From a virus (lineage: Duplodnaviria; Caudoviricetes): DNA of 56,211 nt. Location of the stretch: IMG/VR virus record IMGVR_UViG_3300030101_003189, positions 1 to 56,211 of that record. One strand, 5' to 3'. Within the stretch, counting starts at the first letter, position 1. Every line of letters begins with the position of its first letter. Under the pieces are notes generated by a model. The model did not search any database. It was not told where the DNA came from and saw only the letters and a list, made by a program, of their open reading frames with translations. Below, piece after piece: positions 47,243-56,211 of this stretch. The position numbers and the translations under genes are program-made.

Positions 47243-48556
47243 GTGCCTGTACAGAGAAATCAACCAAGCCCTCAAAGGCAGTCAGTATTAACATTTGTAT
47301 CTCCAAATGTTCAAGATTTATTATTTTATGAGACTGTAGATAAACAACGGGTTGGTAAAACACCCCCTGTTTATGGGTCAGCACACCCAAACACTACTAA
47401 GTTTCCTAACCACAAACTAGTTTATGTTAAACAGTTTGATGCCGAGGGGCAGTTATACCAATACTACTATGCTGCTTCTAGGTCTAGCCAAGATGAATAT
47501 AACTTTGAATATTCTCAAGCTAGTTTAGGAAACTCTAAATTTAATACTGTAGTCAGGACTTATGTTATTCCTAGGTCTGATTTTAAAGAAGATGATGCAT
47601 CTTTGGAGGCTGGTGATGCTATGCCCACTGAACCTTCTTCAGCTAACTTTACTGGTAAAGGGTATATCCTAATGTCCCGCCAACAAAAAAGATTAAGAGA
47701 TCCAGAATTAGACGGGCATTTTATTGTTGAGCAAAGAGTTTATTTTATTAGGGAAGACATTGAAACCCTGAAGTGGGATGAGTTATCGGGTTCTAATTTA
47801 AAAACAACAGTTAGTTATTTTGCGTTGGGAGAGACTCCTACTGGAGCTTCTTCAAATATACAGACTTTAATTTCTGACGCTGATAATTCTTATTGGGGTA
47901 CTGCTATAGAGTATAGAGAAGATTCACCTTCTCAGGGGAACTTAAACAAAGCAGTCGCTTTTTATAAAGAAGGAAGACAGGTATCTTTAGATTGGTTTGA
48001 AGTTGTAAAGATAGAAACAATGGCTGGTACAACTACTGATGGGGCAATCAACTCAGATACCACTTTACTTATTGAAGAACTAAATACCTCAATTAATTTT
48101 ACATTCCCACCAGTTTTACAAAGCATTTCATCTGTTGCTTGGGAAAAGCATGATGGTCAAGTTCAACATAATCCAGAGTATCATATGAATCCAGAAGGGT
48201 ATAGTGGACCTTGTAGAGCTGTAATTAAAAAAGAATATAGGACAACAGAGTTTGATCTCGACGTTCCTAAAGCTATGCAGCCCCAGTCTTTTGCATTTTC
48301 TACTCCTTATATAAATATAAGAATACCCTCTTGTTTAATTGATGGTCCAGCGTTAGGTGGGGAAATTGGATTCACTACAGGAACTACTGACCCTGTATAT
48401 AAATATACCTCATATGTTAAAACATTACCTAGAACAGAGCCACCAAATCTTATAGGGATAGCTGAAACTGGGCTTAGAGCTAGAGTCATCCAACAAAAAT
48501 CTAGGGGAGGTTATATAAAAGAAACTACTACTGTATTCCCTCCGTCTTTTAATTAA
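47243..48556 (+). CDS. Putative tail structural protein
   Basis: 437 aa, TAATG-coupled to the fibre gene. Confidence 0.55.
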   Translation: MPVQRNQPSPQRQSVLTFVSPNVQDLLFYETVDKQRVGKTPPVYGSAHPNTTKFPNHKLVYVKQFDAEGQLYQYYYAASRSSQDEYNFEYSQASLGNSKFNTVVRTYVIPRSDFKEDDASLEAGDAMPTEPSSANFTGKGYILMSRQQKRLRDPELDGHFIVEQRVYFIREDIETLKWDELSGSNLKTTVSYFALGETPTGASSNIQTLISDADNSYWGTAIEYREDSPSQGNLNKAVAFYKEGRQVSLDWFEVVKIETMAGTTTDGAINSDTTLLIEELNTSINFTFPPVLQSISSVAWEKHDGQVQHNPEYHMNPEGYSGPCRAVIKKEYRTTEFDLDVPKAMQPQSFAFSTPYINIRIPSCLIDGPALGGEIGFTTGTTDPVYKYTSYVKTLPRTEPPNLIGIAETGLRARVIQQKSRGGYIKETTTVFPPSFN

Positions 48557-51500
48557 TGCCTGAACAATTTACAGATGGTAATATTGGAGCTTTTGGATCT
48601 CCCATATCTCCTGCTGACAGGGAAGTAACTGAGTCTTCACTAAACAAAATCCCTGATGTAGGATTACAAGGGTATACCGACAGTGGGGCTTATAGTAGTA
48701 ATTATCCTTCGGGAATGATTGGGGCTACTCCACAAGACGAGATTCGTTATCGTCAGGAGCATGAGCCTTATAACTATCAACCAGACGATGATCAATTTGT
48801 TTATATAACAAAAGCTTATTTATATGAGATACATCCCTTACTAAATGAAGAGGAATCAAAACTAATAAAAAAGCACGAGCTAAGTCCTTTAAAAATAAAG
48901 TTAGATACAAAGAAAGGTTGTGTATATACACAATTCATGGTGGATCAACAAGGGAAGGTTATAGGTGAATATAATCTTTTAAAGACAGAAGAAGATGAAC
49001 CTCCCGATTCAACACCATTTCAGTTATTGAATGCAGATGGTGACGATGAGCCTGACAAGTATGGCATATATAATGTTCTTATATTTAAATTCGCAGATGG
49101 AGTTATTTTAAGAAATAATTATGATTCTGATAAAGATGATCCAAGATCTGTAAGAGGACATGGTGGTATAGAAGGGCATAGGGGACCACTTATATGGTCC
49201 CGTGGTTATAATACTATAAACAATTTAGGTATTGGGGGTGGGATGATATATGAAGGATATAATCTTACTGAGGATAAAATAAATTTACGAACCCTAATGG
49301 GGCAAGGTCAAATCAGTGTATCAACGGCTGGTGATCAAATAAATATCCGAGGAAACAGTAATAATAAAACTTGGAAAGCTATTGCTGCTTCTGGGGTAAT
49401 TGACTACAACAATCCTGCTGCATCAGGGACAACCGCAAATGAAAAAACATTAGCTACGTTTGCAGATGGGTTATTGACTGGAACCCCAAGTAATTTAGAA
49501 GTTGTACAAGTTGCTAAAGCAACAGGTTCGGGAACTACAGTCAACACTTTTGTTGATACAGACGATGTAACATTGAATGTTGATACTCTAACATCTACTT
49601 CTGTAAATTTACCAACAGGTAGTGGTATAGAGTTATCTACTGAGAAGTATACTCCTACAGCAGTAAGTACTGAAGGACCAATAACACAGAAGGCTAACGC
49701 TTTAGTTAAAGGGACGGATATTGACCTTGACGCTGTCGAAGTAACTTCTGTAGAGATGCTTCCTCCAAGTGGGTCAAGTTTACAGTTAGAAACGTATGAT
49801 TATAAGCCTACATCAGTTTCTACTGAAGGGCCAATAACGAAAGAGACTGGCAGTCTTAAAGAAGGATCAAACATTGACTTGCAAGCTGTTAAACTACAAA
49901 CGCAAGAAATAACTCCTCCAAGTGGGTCAAGTTTAGATTTAGAAACTAATCAATATGCTACCGTAGATTTAGGGTTTAAAACGACGGGTATAGATTCTAC
50001 TGTTTTAAAAGGAGGTAATAATTTAACTACAACAGCTACTGAACTACGTTCAAAAAGTGTGCCTGTTCAAGATACGGGAGTTAAGGAATATACATCTAAA
50101 GCATTTCCTCCCCATACTCTAACGGCTACAGCAGGAACTTTAAAAGAAGAAGTGGGGGCGGGGAATGACGTTACTTTATCATCAGTTGAATTAAGCCCAA
50201 CTTCTTTGTCTGGGATAACTTTAAGTCGTAAGACATACACCCCAACACAAGTTGGCACTAAGACAACAACTGAAACTTCTTTTTACACAGGAGGTAATCA
50301 ATTAACAACAACACCTACACCCTTATCTGTAACACGATCACCTGTATTAGAATTTGATACTAAAAAATATACTTCTAGACAGTTAGAGCAACTATCATTA
50401 CAAAAAAAGACTAATATTTTATCTAAATCAGCATCTACGGCAGAAACTACTTTAGAAGCAACTGCGTTAAAAACTACTTCAATAACTCCTCCAAGTAGTA
50501 CTCCACTATCTTTAGGGACTAAGACATATACTCCTAGAGCGTTATCTAAACAGACATTAACTAAAGAAACTACTGCTTTAAAAGGTGGTAGTGAGTTAGA
50601 CACAACTGTTGCTACTTTAAGCACAAAAAAAGCAGACATTGTTTCTTCTACACCGAACACTTATAAAGCTAGGTCGTTAGATAAAACAACTTTATCCCCT
50701 CAGTCGAACGCTTTATACGGAGGTGACCCCCTTACCTGTCATCCGACAGATTTAAACACGGAGACTCTTGAAGCTCCCGAACTATCCGTCAAAACTTTTA
50801 CTACTACTGAGTTAGGAACTGCTTCTTTATCAAAGAAAGATATGACGACTAAAGCGTTTAGTCGTGTTGAAGAAACTTTTAATGAAAATTTAAAGCAACA
50901 ATCAGGTGCTTTAAAAGGTGGTACTGAGTATATCTGTACTCCTACAGATATGACGACTAGAGCGTTTAGTCCTGTTGAAGAATCTCTTGATGAACATTTA
51001 CAACAACAATCGGGTGCTTTAAAAGGTGGTACTAATTATACCTGTACTCCTACGGCTATGACGACTAGAGCGTTTAGTCGTGTTGAAGAAACTCTTAATG
51101 AAAATTTAAAGCAACAATCGGGTACTTTAAAAGGTGGTGTTGATTACACATGTAATCATACAGATTTTAAAGTTAAGACGTTTAGTCGTGTTGAAGAATC
51201 TTTTAATGAAAATTTAAGGCAACAATCAGGTGCTTTAGAAGGAGGTGCTGATTACACATGCACCCCTACGTCTATGACGACTAAGTCGTTTACGACTCAA
51301 GCTAATACCTTACAAGGTGGTAGTGATTTAGAGTTAGTATATAGAGAGGTCTACCTTACAGATAATGAAACGTCTGTTTGGGTATTAGGACCAAAGAATG
51401 TTCCATCAAATACTTCTGCTACGTTAACTGCTGTTGTTGGAGCAGGGAGATATACAGCAATAAAGAGGGGGGATGGCAACACTGCTGAAACTTTCCATTT

Positions 51501-54500
51501 ATACCAATCTGGGACTAATGGAGTTACTGGTAATAATAAAGTATTAACTACAGATAGTCCTAGTACGGATACAGTAACACTTAGAAAAGACATTGGTACA
51601 TACACAGGAGTCAAAAATCTTTCCGACGCTTCTGTTTTTTTATATAGTACAACAGGAGCTTCGACCACTAGAGTATACATAAAACCACCCGACAGTGATC
51701 CTGTTGAGAACAGTCATTATTTATATTATGCTGCTAGTGATGTCTCTGATACTAAAGTACTAACTACAGATTCTAGTGATACTACAGTAACACTTAAAAA
51801 AGACATTTCGGATTATGTAGGAGTCAAAAATCTTTCCGCTCCTAATGTTTATTTAAATACTACAACAGACGCTACAAGCACTAGAGTATACTTACGTCCA
51901 TCCGACAGTAATACCACTCAAAATTTATACTTTGCTGATAGTCCAGTTACTGGTAATAATAAAGTATTAACTGTAGATAGTGTTGATACAGATGATGTAA
52001 CACTTAGACAAGACATTGGTATATACACAGGTGTTACAAATCTTTCCGCTGCTGATGTTTATTTATATAGTACAACGGGGGCTTCGGACACTAGATTATA
52101 CCTAAGGCCACCCGACAATAATACTACTCAAAATTTATATTTTTCTACGGATGAAGTAACTAGTTCTAAAGTATTAACTACAACTGACTCTAGCACAGAT
52201 GATGTAACACTTAGACAAGACATTAGTACATATGTAGGAGTCAAAAATCTTTCCGCTACTGATGTTTATTTAAATACTACAACAACCCCTACAGACACTA
52301 GAGTATACCTAAGTCCACCCGACAATAATACTACTCAAAATTTATATTTTTCTGCGGATGAAGTAACTAGTTCTAAAGTATTAACTACAACTGACTCTAG
52401 CACAGATGATGTACTATTTTATACTGCTGAAAGCACAGGAAAACGATTTTTAGAGGCTGATGCTGATGACAACAACGATGATACAACTAATGTATACTGT
52501 ACTAATAATGCTACACAAAGCAGAAATTTTTTAAGTAACACTACTAATTCTAGTAAAACCACGTATCACGTATACACAAATGCGGATTCAGTATCAGAAC
52601 AGAAATTCTTAAAAACCGACTCAGATAATACACAAGAAGTTTTAAGAACTGGTATGCAACCATTTATTGCCATTAAGGGAATATCTTCTGCTGTTTCATT
52701 GTATCAAGCTCCTATACCACAAGCAAATTCATCAGATACTTTCTTAGAAACTGCATCTGCCTCTGCTGCGGATACTTTTTTATATTCAACCTCAGATGAT
52801 ACTCCAAGAAGATTATTGGCTAAATCAGGTACAGATTCAGATACTGCAATTCAGTTATATAATGCGGGTACGGGCAATACAGTTGTTGAAACAAAGGTTT
52901 TAGAATTAGATTCAAGTGCTACGGGTGATAAAAAATTAACGGTTGGTGCTACAGCATTCGATGCAGTGACTGGAATCCCACAAACTGATGATTCTATTGA
53001 GCTTTACAAAGCTCCTGTTCCATCAGCAAATTCAACAGACACGTTCTTAGAAACTTCAGAGTCAACTGACCAACATCTTTATTTTTCATCGGGAGCATCG
53101 ACACATAGTGTTATAACTAGTTCAGGTACTGCTATAAACGTTGTACACACTGTTGATAGTAGTTCAGGAGCTGCTGTAACTTTTTCAGACACAAAATTTG
53201 TAAAGATAAAAGCAGGGGATGATTGGGCAGGGGACGAAAAATCTTTCATGCACACAATCGACGACTTTGACGGGGTAACTGCCACAGTAGGAGATGGAGT
53301 TAATGTTTATAAAGCTGTTGATGAAGATGATAATCCATCCCACAGATTTTTAGAAACAAACGACAGTACGGGAACTGAGTCACATATTTACGCTACTACG
53401 TCACCAGCTTCTAATACTAAATTTTTAACTACAGAAGATTCTACTAGTAACCTCTTTTTATATTCCACGGCTAATAATGAGAATACCACAAAGTTCTTAA
53501 CAGTACCTGATAGTGTACAAGGACAGAAAATTTTAAGATCTGGTATGTCTTCCTTGAATGCAGTTACAAATATTCCAAACGGGACTAGGTTATATTTTAC
53601 AGATACTGATGAACCTTCTGATGCAAGATTCTTAAAAACAACTCATACAGATAATACAGACAATACACATATCCTATATGTTTCAGATAGTACTGATGCT
53701 AGGACATTCTTAACTAGTTCAGGAAGTGACATAGGTATTTTAACTTCTGATTCTGTATCAGGAGTATCAGCAGCCAATTATGTAAAAGCTAATAACGACT
53801 CATTATCTGCTGGTAAAGTATTCAAACATACTATTGGAACCTACACAGGTCTTTCTTCTAATGATGATGGAAATGTTATTGTATATGAAGCACCTGATTC
53901 AAATACACGAAACTTTTTACAAACAGGAGAAAACGCAGAGACTAAACATCGTGTCTATTTTACAAACACCACAACAACTAGCACTAGATTTTTAAGTACT
54001 TCAGAAAATGATTCTTTACTTACCTCACTTAATTTATATTCTACAGCTTCTCCTGATACTACTACAAAGTTTTTGAAAGTATCTGATAGTGAATCAGGAA
54101 ACAAAATTTTAAAGCATGGCATAGACAATTTTAATGCTGTTACAGGTATTCCAAACGAAACTAATTTATACCACGCAGGAAGTGCTTCTACCCACCATTT
54201 CTTAAAATCTCCTACAGCTTTATCAGACCATCATGTTTATTTTTCTGATACTGCTAGTGACTCTAGCAACAAAATGCCATTTGTAACAAGTTCAGGTAGT
54301 AGTATAAATATTGTAAAATCTTCTGATGATTCTAATACTGGTGCTTTCTCACTAACAAGGTTCTTAAAAACAACAGGAGATAACGTGGCTGCCCTTGATA
54401 GTGTTTCTAAAACTTTTAAGCATTCGTTTGGGACTTATACTGGAATTAACGGGGACCAACTTTCAAATGCCAGTAACATTTACGTATATACCACAAGTGC

Positions 54501-55059
54501 AGCTAGTTCTAATAGTTCGGAAAAGTTCGTAAAGACTACGGATACAGAGGACAAGCACGTATTTATTTCTGCCAATAGCACCACCAGAAACTTTATAACT
54601 AGTACAGGTAGTGCAGTAAATGTTTTAACTGCGGGTAGTATGAGTAATAGTTCTACCGCTAAATTCGTAAAAACAGCAAACACTAACGTCGATGCCCTTG
54701 ATAGTTCTAAAACATTCCAACATACATTTGATACTTATACTGGTATGACAGGACTTTCGGGTACTAGTGATCTCCGTTTGTATTCTACAGTTGGTGCTGA
54801 TACTACAAAGTTTGTAAAGACTGACGCTAATCACACCACCACAAAATTCTTGTATGTTTCTGACGCTAATAACCCTAGAACCTTCATAACTAGTACAGGA
54901 TCTTCTAGTACTAATGTTCTTACAAGTTCTAGTGACGTAAATGTGTTAACAACAGATAATGTTGATCCTTCTTCAATCACACTAGTTAAGTCTGTAAATA
55001 CCACACCTTCAACATTACAGACGGTTACTGGATCTGAAAAAGTATTGAAAGCCCCTTAA
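48556..55059 (+). CDS. Long Thr/Ser-rich fibre protein with mirror-ordered repeats
   Basis: 2167 aa; four 36-aa repeats at 50839-51270 and four ~70-aa repeats at 51580-52413 flank a unique centre. Confidence 0.7.
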   Translation: MPEQFTDGNIGAFGSPISPADREVTESSLNKIPDVGLQGYTDSGAYSSNYPSGMIGATPQDEIRYRQEHEPYNYQPDDDQFVYITKAYLYEIHPLLNEEESKLIKKHELSPLKIKLDTKKGCVYTQFMVDQQGKVIGEYNLLKTEEDEPPDSTPFQLLNADGDDEPDKYGIYNVLIFKFADGVILRNNYDSDKDDPRSVRGHGGIEGHRGPLIWSRGYNTINNLGIGGGMIYEGYNLTEDKINLRTLMGQGQISVSTAGDQINIRGNSNNKTWKAIAASGVIDYNNPAASGTTANEKTLATFADGLLTGTPSNLEVVQVAKATGSGTTVNTFVDTDDVTLNVDTLTSTSVNLPTGSGIELSTEKYTPTAVSTEGPITQKANALVKGTDIDLDAVEVTSVEMLPPSGSSLQLETYDYKPTSVSTEGPITKETGSLKEGSNIDLQAVKLQTQEITPPSGSSLDLETNQYATVDLGFKTTGIDSTVLKGGNNLTTTATELRSKSVPVQDTGVKEYTSKAFPPHTLTATAGTLKEEVGAGNDVTLSSVELSPTSLSGITLSRKTYTPTQVGTKTTTETSFYTGGNQLTTTPTPLSVTRSPVLEFDTKKYTSRQLEQLSLQKKTNILSKSASTAETTLEATALKTTSITPPSSTPLSLGTKTYTPRALSKQTLTKETTALKGGSELDTTVATLSTKKADIVSSTPNTYKARSLDKTTLSPQSNALYGGDPLTCHPTDLNTETLEAPELSVKTFTTTELGTASLSKKDMTTKAFSRVEETFNENLKQQSGALKGGTEYICTPTDMTTRAFSPVEESLDEHLQQQSGALKGGTNYTCTPTAMTTRAFSRVEETLNENLKQQSGTLKGGVDYTCNHTDFKVKTFSRVEESFNENLRQQSGALEGGADYTCTPTSMTTKSFTTQANTLQGGSDLELVYREVYLTDNETSVWVLGPKNVPSNTSATLTAVVGAGRYTAIKRGDGNTAETFHLYQSGTNGVTGNNKVLTTDSPSTDTVTLRKDIGTYTGVKNLSDASVFLYSTTGASTTRVYIKPPDSDPVENSHYLYYAASDVSDTKVLTTDSSDTTVTLKKDISDYVGVKNLSAPNVYLNTTTDATSTRVYLRPSDSNTTQNLYFADSPVTGNNKVLTVDSVDTDDVTLRQDIGIYTGVTNLSAADVYLYSTTGASDTRLYLRPPDNNTTQNLYFSTDEVTSSKVLTTTDSSTDDVTLRQDISTYVGVKNLSATDVYLNTTTTPTDTRVYLSPPDNNTTQNLYFSADEVTSSKVLTTTDSSTDDVLFYTAESTGKRFLEADADDNNDDTTNVYCTNNATQSRNFLSNTTNSSKTTYHVYTNADSVSEQKFLKTDSDNTQEVLRTGMQPFIAIKGISSAVSLYQAPIPQANSSDTFLETASASAADTFLYSTSDDTPRRLLAKSGTDSDTAIQLYNAGTGNTVVETKVLELDSSATGDKKLTVGATAFDAVTGIPQTDDSIELYKAPVPSANSTDTFLETSESTDQHLYFSSGASTHSVITSSGTAINVVHTVDSSSGAAVTFSDTKFVKIKAGDDWAGDEKSFMHTIDDFDGVTATVGDGVNVYKAVDEDDNPSHRFLETNDSTGTESHIYATTSPASNTKFLTTEDSTSNLFLYSTANNENTTKFLTVPDSVQGQKILRSGMSSLNAVTNIPNGTRLYFTDTDEPSDARFLKTTHTDNTDNTHILYVSDSTDARTFLTSSGSDIGILTSDSVSGVSAANYVKANNDSLSAGKVFKHTIGTYTGLSSNDDGNVIVYEAPDSNTRNFLQTGENAETKHRVYFTNTTTTSTRFLSTSENDSLLTSLNLYSTASPDTTTKFLKVSDSESGNKILKHGIDNFNAVTGIPNETNLYHAGSASTHHFLKSPTALSDHHVYFSDTASDSSNKMPFVTSSGSSINIVKSSDDSNTGAFSLTRFLKTTGDNVAALDSVSKTFKHSFGTYTGINGDQLSNASNIYVYTTSAASSNSSEKFVKTTDTEDKHVFISANSTTRNFITSTGSAVNVLTAGSMSNSSTAKFVKTANTNVDALDSSKTFQHTFDTYTGMTGLSGTSDLRLYSTVGADTTKFVKTDANHTTTKFLYVSDANNPRTFITSTGSSSTNVLTSSSDVNVLTTDNVDPSSITLVKSVNTTPSTLQTVTGSEKVLKAP

Positions 55060-55106
55060 CAGTTCATGGGTTGAATTGCGGTGTAAACGCCTTATATTTA
55101 GGTATC

Positions 55107-56066
55107 GTGCCAGCTAAAACTACAGAACAATTATTTGCTACTCATTCTCAATATTTAGACGTTGAGTTTGCTCATCAAGAGGATTTTCGTAATGCTTTGA
55201 ATGAAGTAATGCCTCGTATTTATAAAATGGGGTATTGGAGGGATTTAGTAACAGAACATACGCAAGATGCATCTAAAGGTTATGTTTCTTTGCCTCAAGA
55301 TACAGATTCTATATTACACGGGATATTAGATAATAATCCCATGCCAACACGTTCTTTATGGCACGATTACAAGACTTTTGGTACAAATGACCAAGACGAT
55401 ACCATATTGAGTTCTTTTATAGATGACGGATATGCCTCTTCATATAGGGATATAGAAACTCCATATGCATACCAGCTTGAGCTTCAAGCTGTTAGAAATT
55501 ATAACGATAGTTTACCTACTGGTCCTTTCACGGTTGACGTTTTATATAGCGGAGCTACTACAGGAGATGGTTTTATGGACTATCGTTTAGATCAAACAAA
55601 CACAGCGGATACTGGTTCTGGTGTTAATATTTCTAATATAGAACAAATAATTTATAACAACATACCAGATGGCTTTACTGTAAGAGTTTTAGCTGATCCT
55701 TTTGACGATAGTTTTGACGCTATTACTTTAGCTGATTTACCAAGCGGGTCTGGCACTGTGCGCTATCGAAGGTATAGAGTAGGCAATACTAATAGTAATT
55801 CATCTGCACATTTATTGTTAAAAAGAGGATGGGTAGATGTAGATAGTGGGTCTGATTTAGTACACCTACCGTCTAATGCTATCTTAAAACATGCTTTATT
55901 AGGCAAGTTTGGAGAAGACAATGCAGATTTACAAAGAGCACAGTATCATTGGGCTACAGTGGCTCAACTTTTAGAAAAAGACACTGACTCATACAGAGGG
56001 TCTGCTAAACCAACTTTACGTATCGCTCCTGATGGTGTGGGAGCAGGTATGTCAGGAATGTATTAA
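55107..56066 (+). CDS. Putative head-tail adaptor / tail tubular protein A-like
   Basis: Likely GTG start 55107 (MPAKTTEQ) after TTGAAT-N16-TATATT. N-terminal helices (RNALNEVMPRI), SLPQD, and C-terminal helices (LKHALL...AQYHW) fit the adaptor pattern. Confidence 0.55.
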   Translation: MPAKTTEQLFATHSQYLDVEFAHQEDFRNALNEVMPRIYKMGYWRDLVTEHTQDASKGYVSLPQDTDSILHGILDNNPMPTRSLWHDYKTFGTNDQDDTILSSFIDDGYASSYRDIETPYAYQLELQAVRNYNDSLPTGPFTVDVLYSGATTGDGFMDYRLDQTNTADTGSGVNISNIEQIIYNNIPDGFTVRVLADPFDDSFDAITLADLPSGSGTVRYRRYRVGNTNSNSSAHLLLKRGWVDVDSGSDLVHLPSNAILKHALLGKFGEDNADLQRAQYHWATVAQLLEKDTDSYRGSAKPTLRIAPDGVGAGMSGMY

Positions 56067-56094
56067 CAATTTAACAAACAAACAAAATTATATT

Positions 56095-56211
56095 ATGGCA
56101 ACAACCAACATTGACAAACAATCCTTTGGGCAAGCTGGAGCTTATTTAATAACAGATACTAGCAATACTATTACTAGAGAGTTTTGTGCTATTACTTTTT
56201 TAGAGGATTCT
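56095..56211 (+). CDS. Structural gene, 3'-truncated
   Basis: MATTNIDKQSFGQAGAYLITDTSNTITREFCAITFLEDS runs off the window; A-rich leader. Confidence 0.6.
   Translation, partial: MATTNIDKQSFGQAGAYLITDTSNTITREFCAITFLEDS

Noticed and set aside
50839-52413. Diversity-generating retroelement TR/VR pair
   Set aside because: Repeats are in-frame tandem coding units, differences are not confined to adenines, and no reverse transcriptase is present in the window.
1578-54834. Numerous short antisense or alternate-frame ORFs in the track (e.g. 1578..1835, 6523..6738, 22856..23269, 37312..37668, 50298..50660)
   Set aside because: They are shadows of long genes or of inverted repeats, with no start signals or protein-like composition. 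26107..26334 is the one exception kept.
1-56211. Stop-codon reassignment
   Set aside because: Standard code gives long intact ORFs and dense packing; TAA, TAG and TGA all end genes.
1-56211. Prophage / temperate lifestyle
   Set aside because: No integrase, repressor pair or host genes seen; the missing part of the genome means this cannot be fully excluded.

Overview
This window is most of the genome of a tailed dsDNA bacteriophage with podovirus-like organisation; it is AT-rich and both ends cut through structural genes. From left to right it holds: a 5'-truncated repetitive tail fibre; a lysis cassette (two holin candidates, an overlapping spanin pair, an Amidase_3 endolysin); a minus-strand replication module (primase-SF3 helicase, family A DNA polymerase with Leu762, probable SSB, DUF2800-like exonuclease, an inserted HNH endonuclease, SF2 helicase, RuvC-like resolvase, probable TerS); TerL; three internal-virion/ejection-type genes including a 3063-aa polyvalent protein; small leftward early genes; a repeat-rich divergent control region with a DUF932-like gene; then portal, scaffold, small basic proteins, major capsid, an antisense glycosyltransferase, tail proteins and a 2167-aa fibre. 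I saw no RNA polymerase, integrase, reverse transcriptase, tRNA or cas gene. The most interesting signals are: (1) a fibre whose repeats are mirror-ordered around a central point (an out-and-back chain with paired duplications); (2) a giant virion protein with peptidase-like, ADP-ribosyltransferase and HhH-glycosylase-like domains, plus a possible overprinted small ORF; (3) a structured capsid-gene leader with a perfect 28-nt tandem motif; (4) dispersed 7-bp-period RRNNCAR arrays; (5) frequent leaderless sigma70-type promoters. All family assignments come from motifs recognised by eye, not from database searches.
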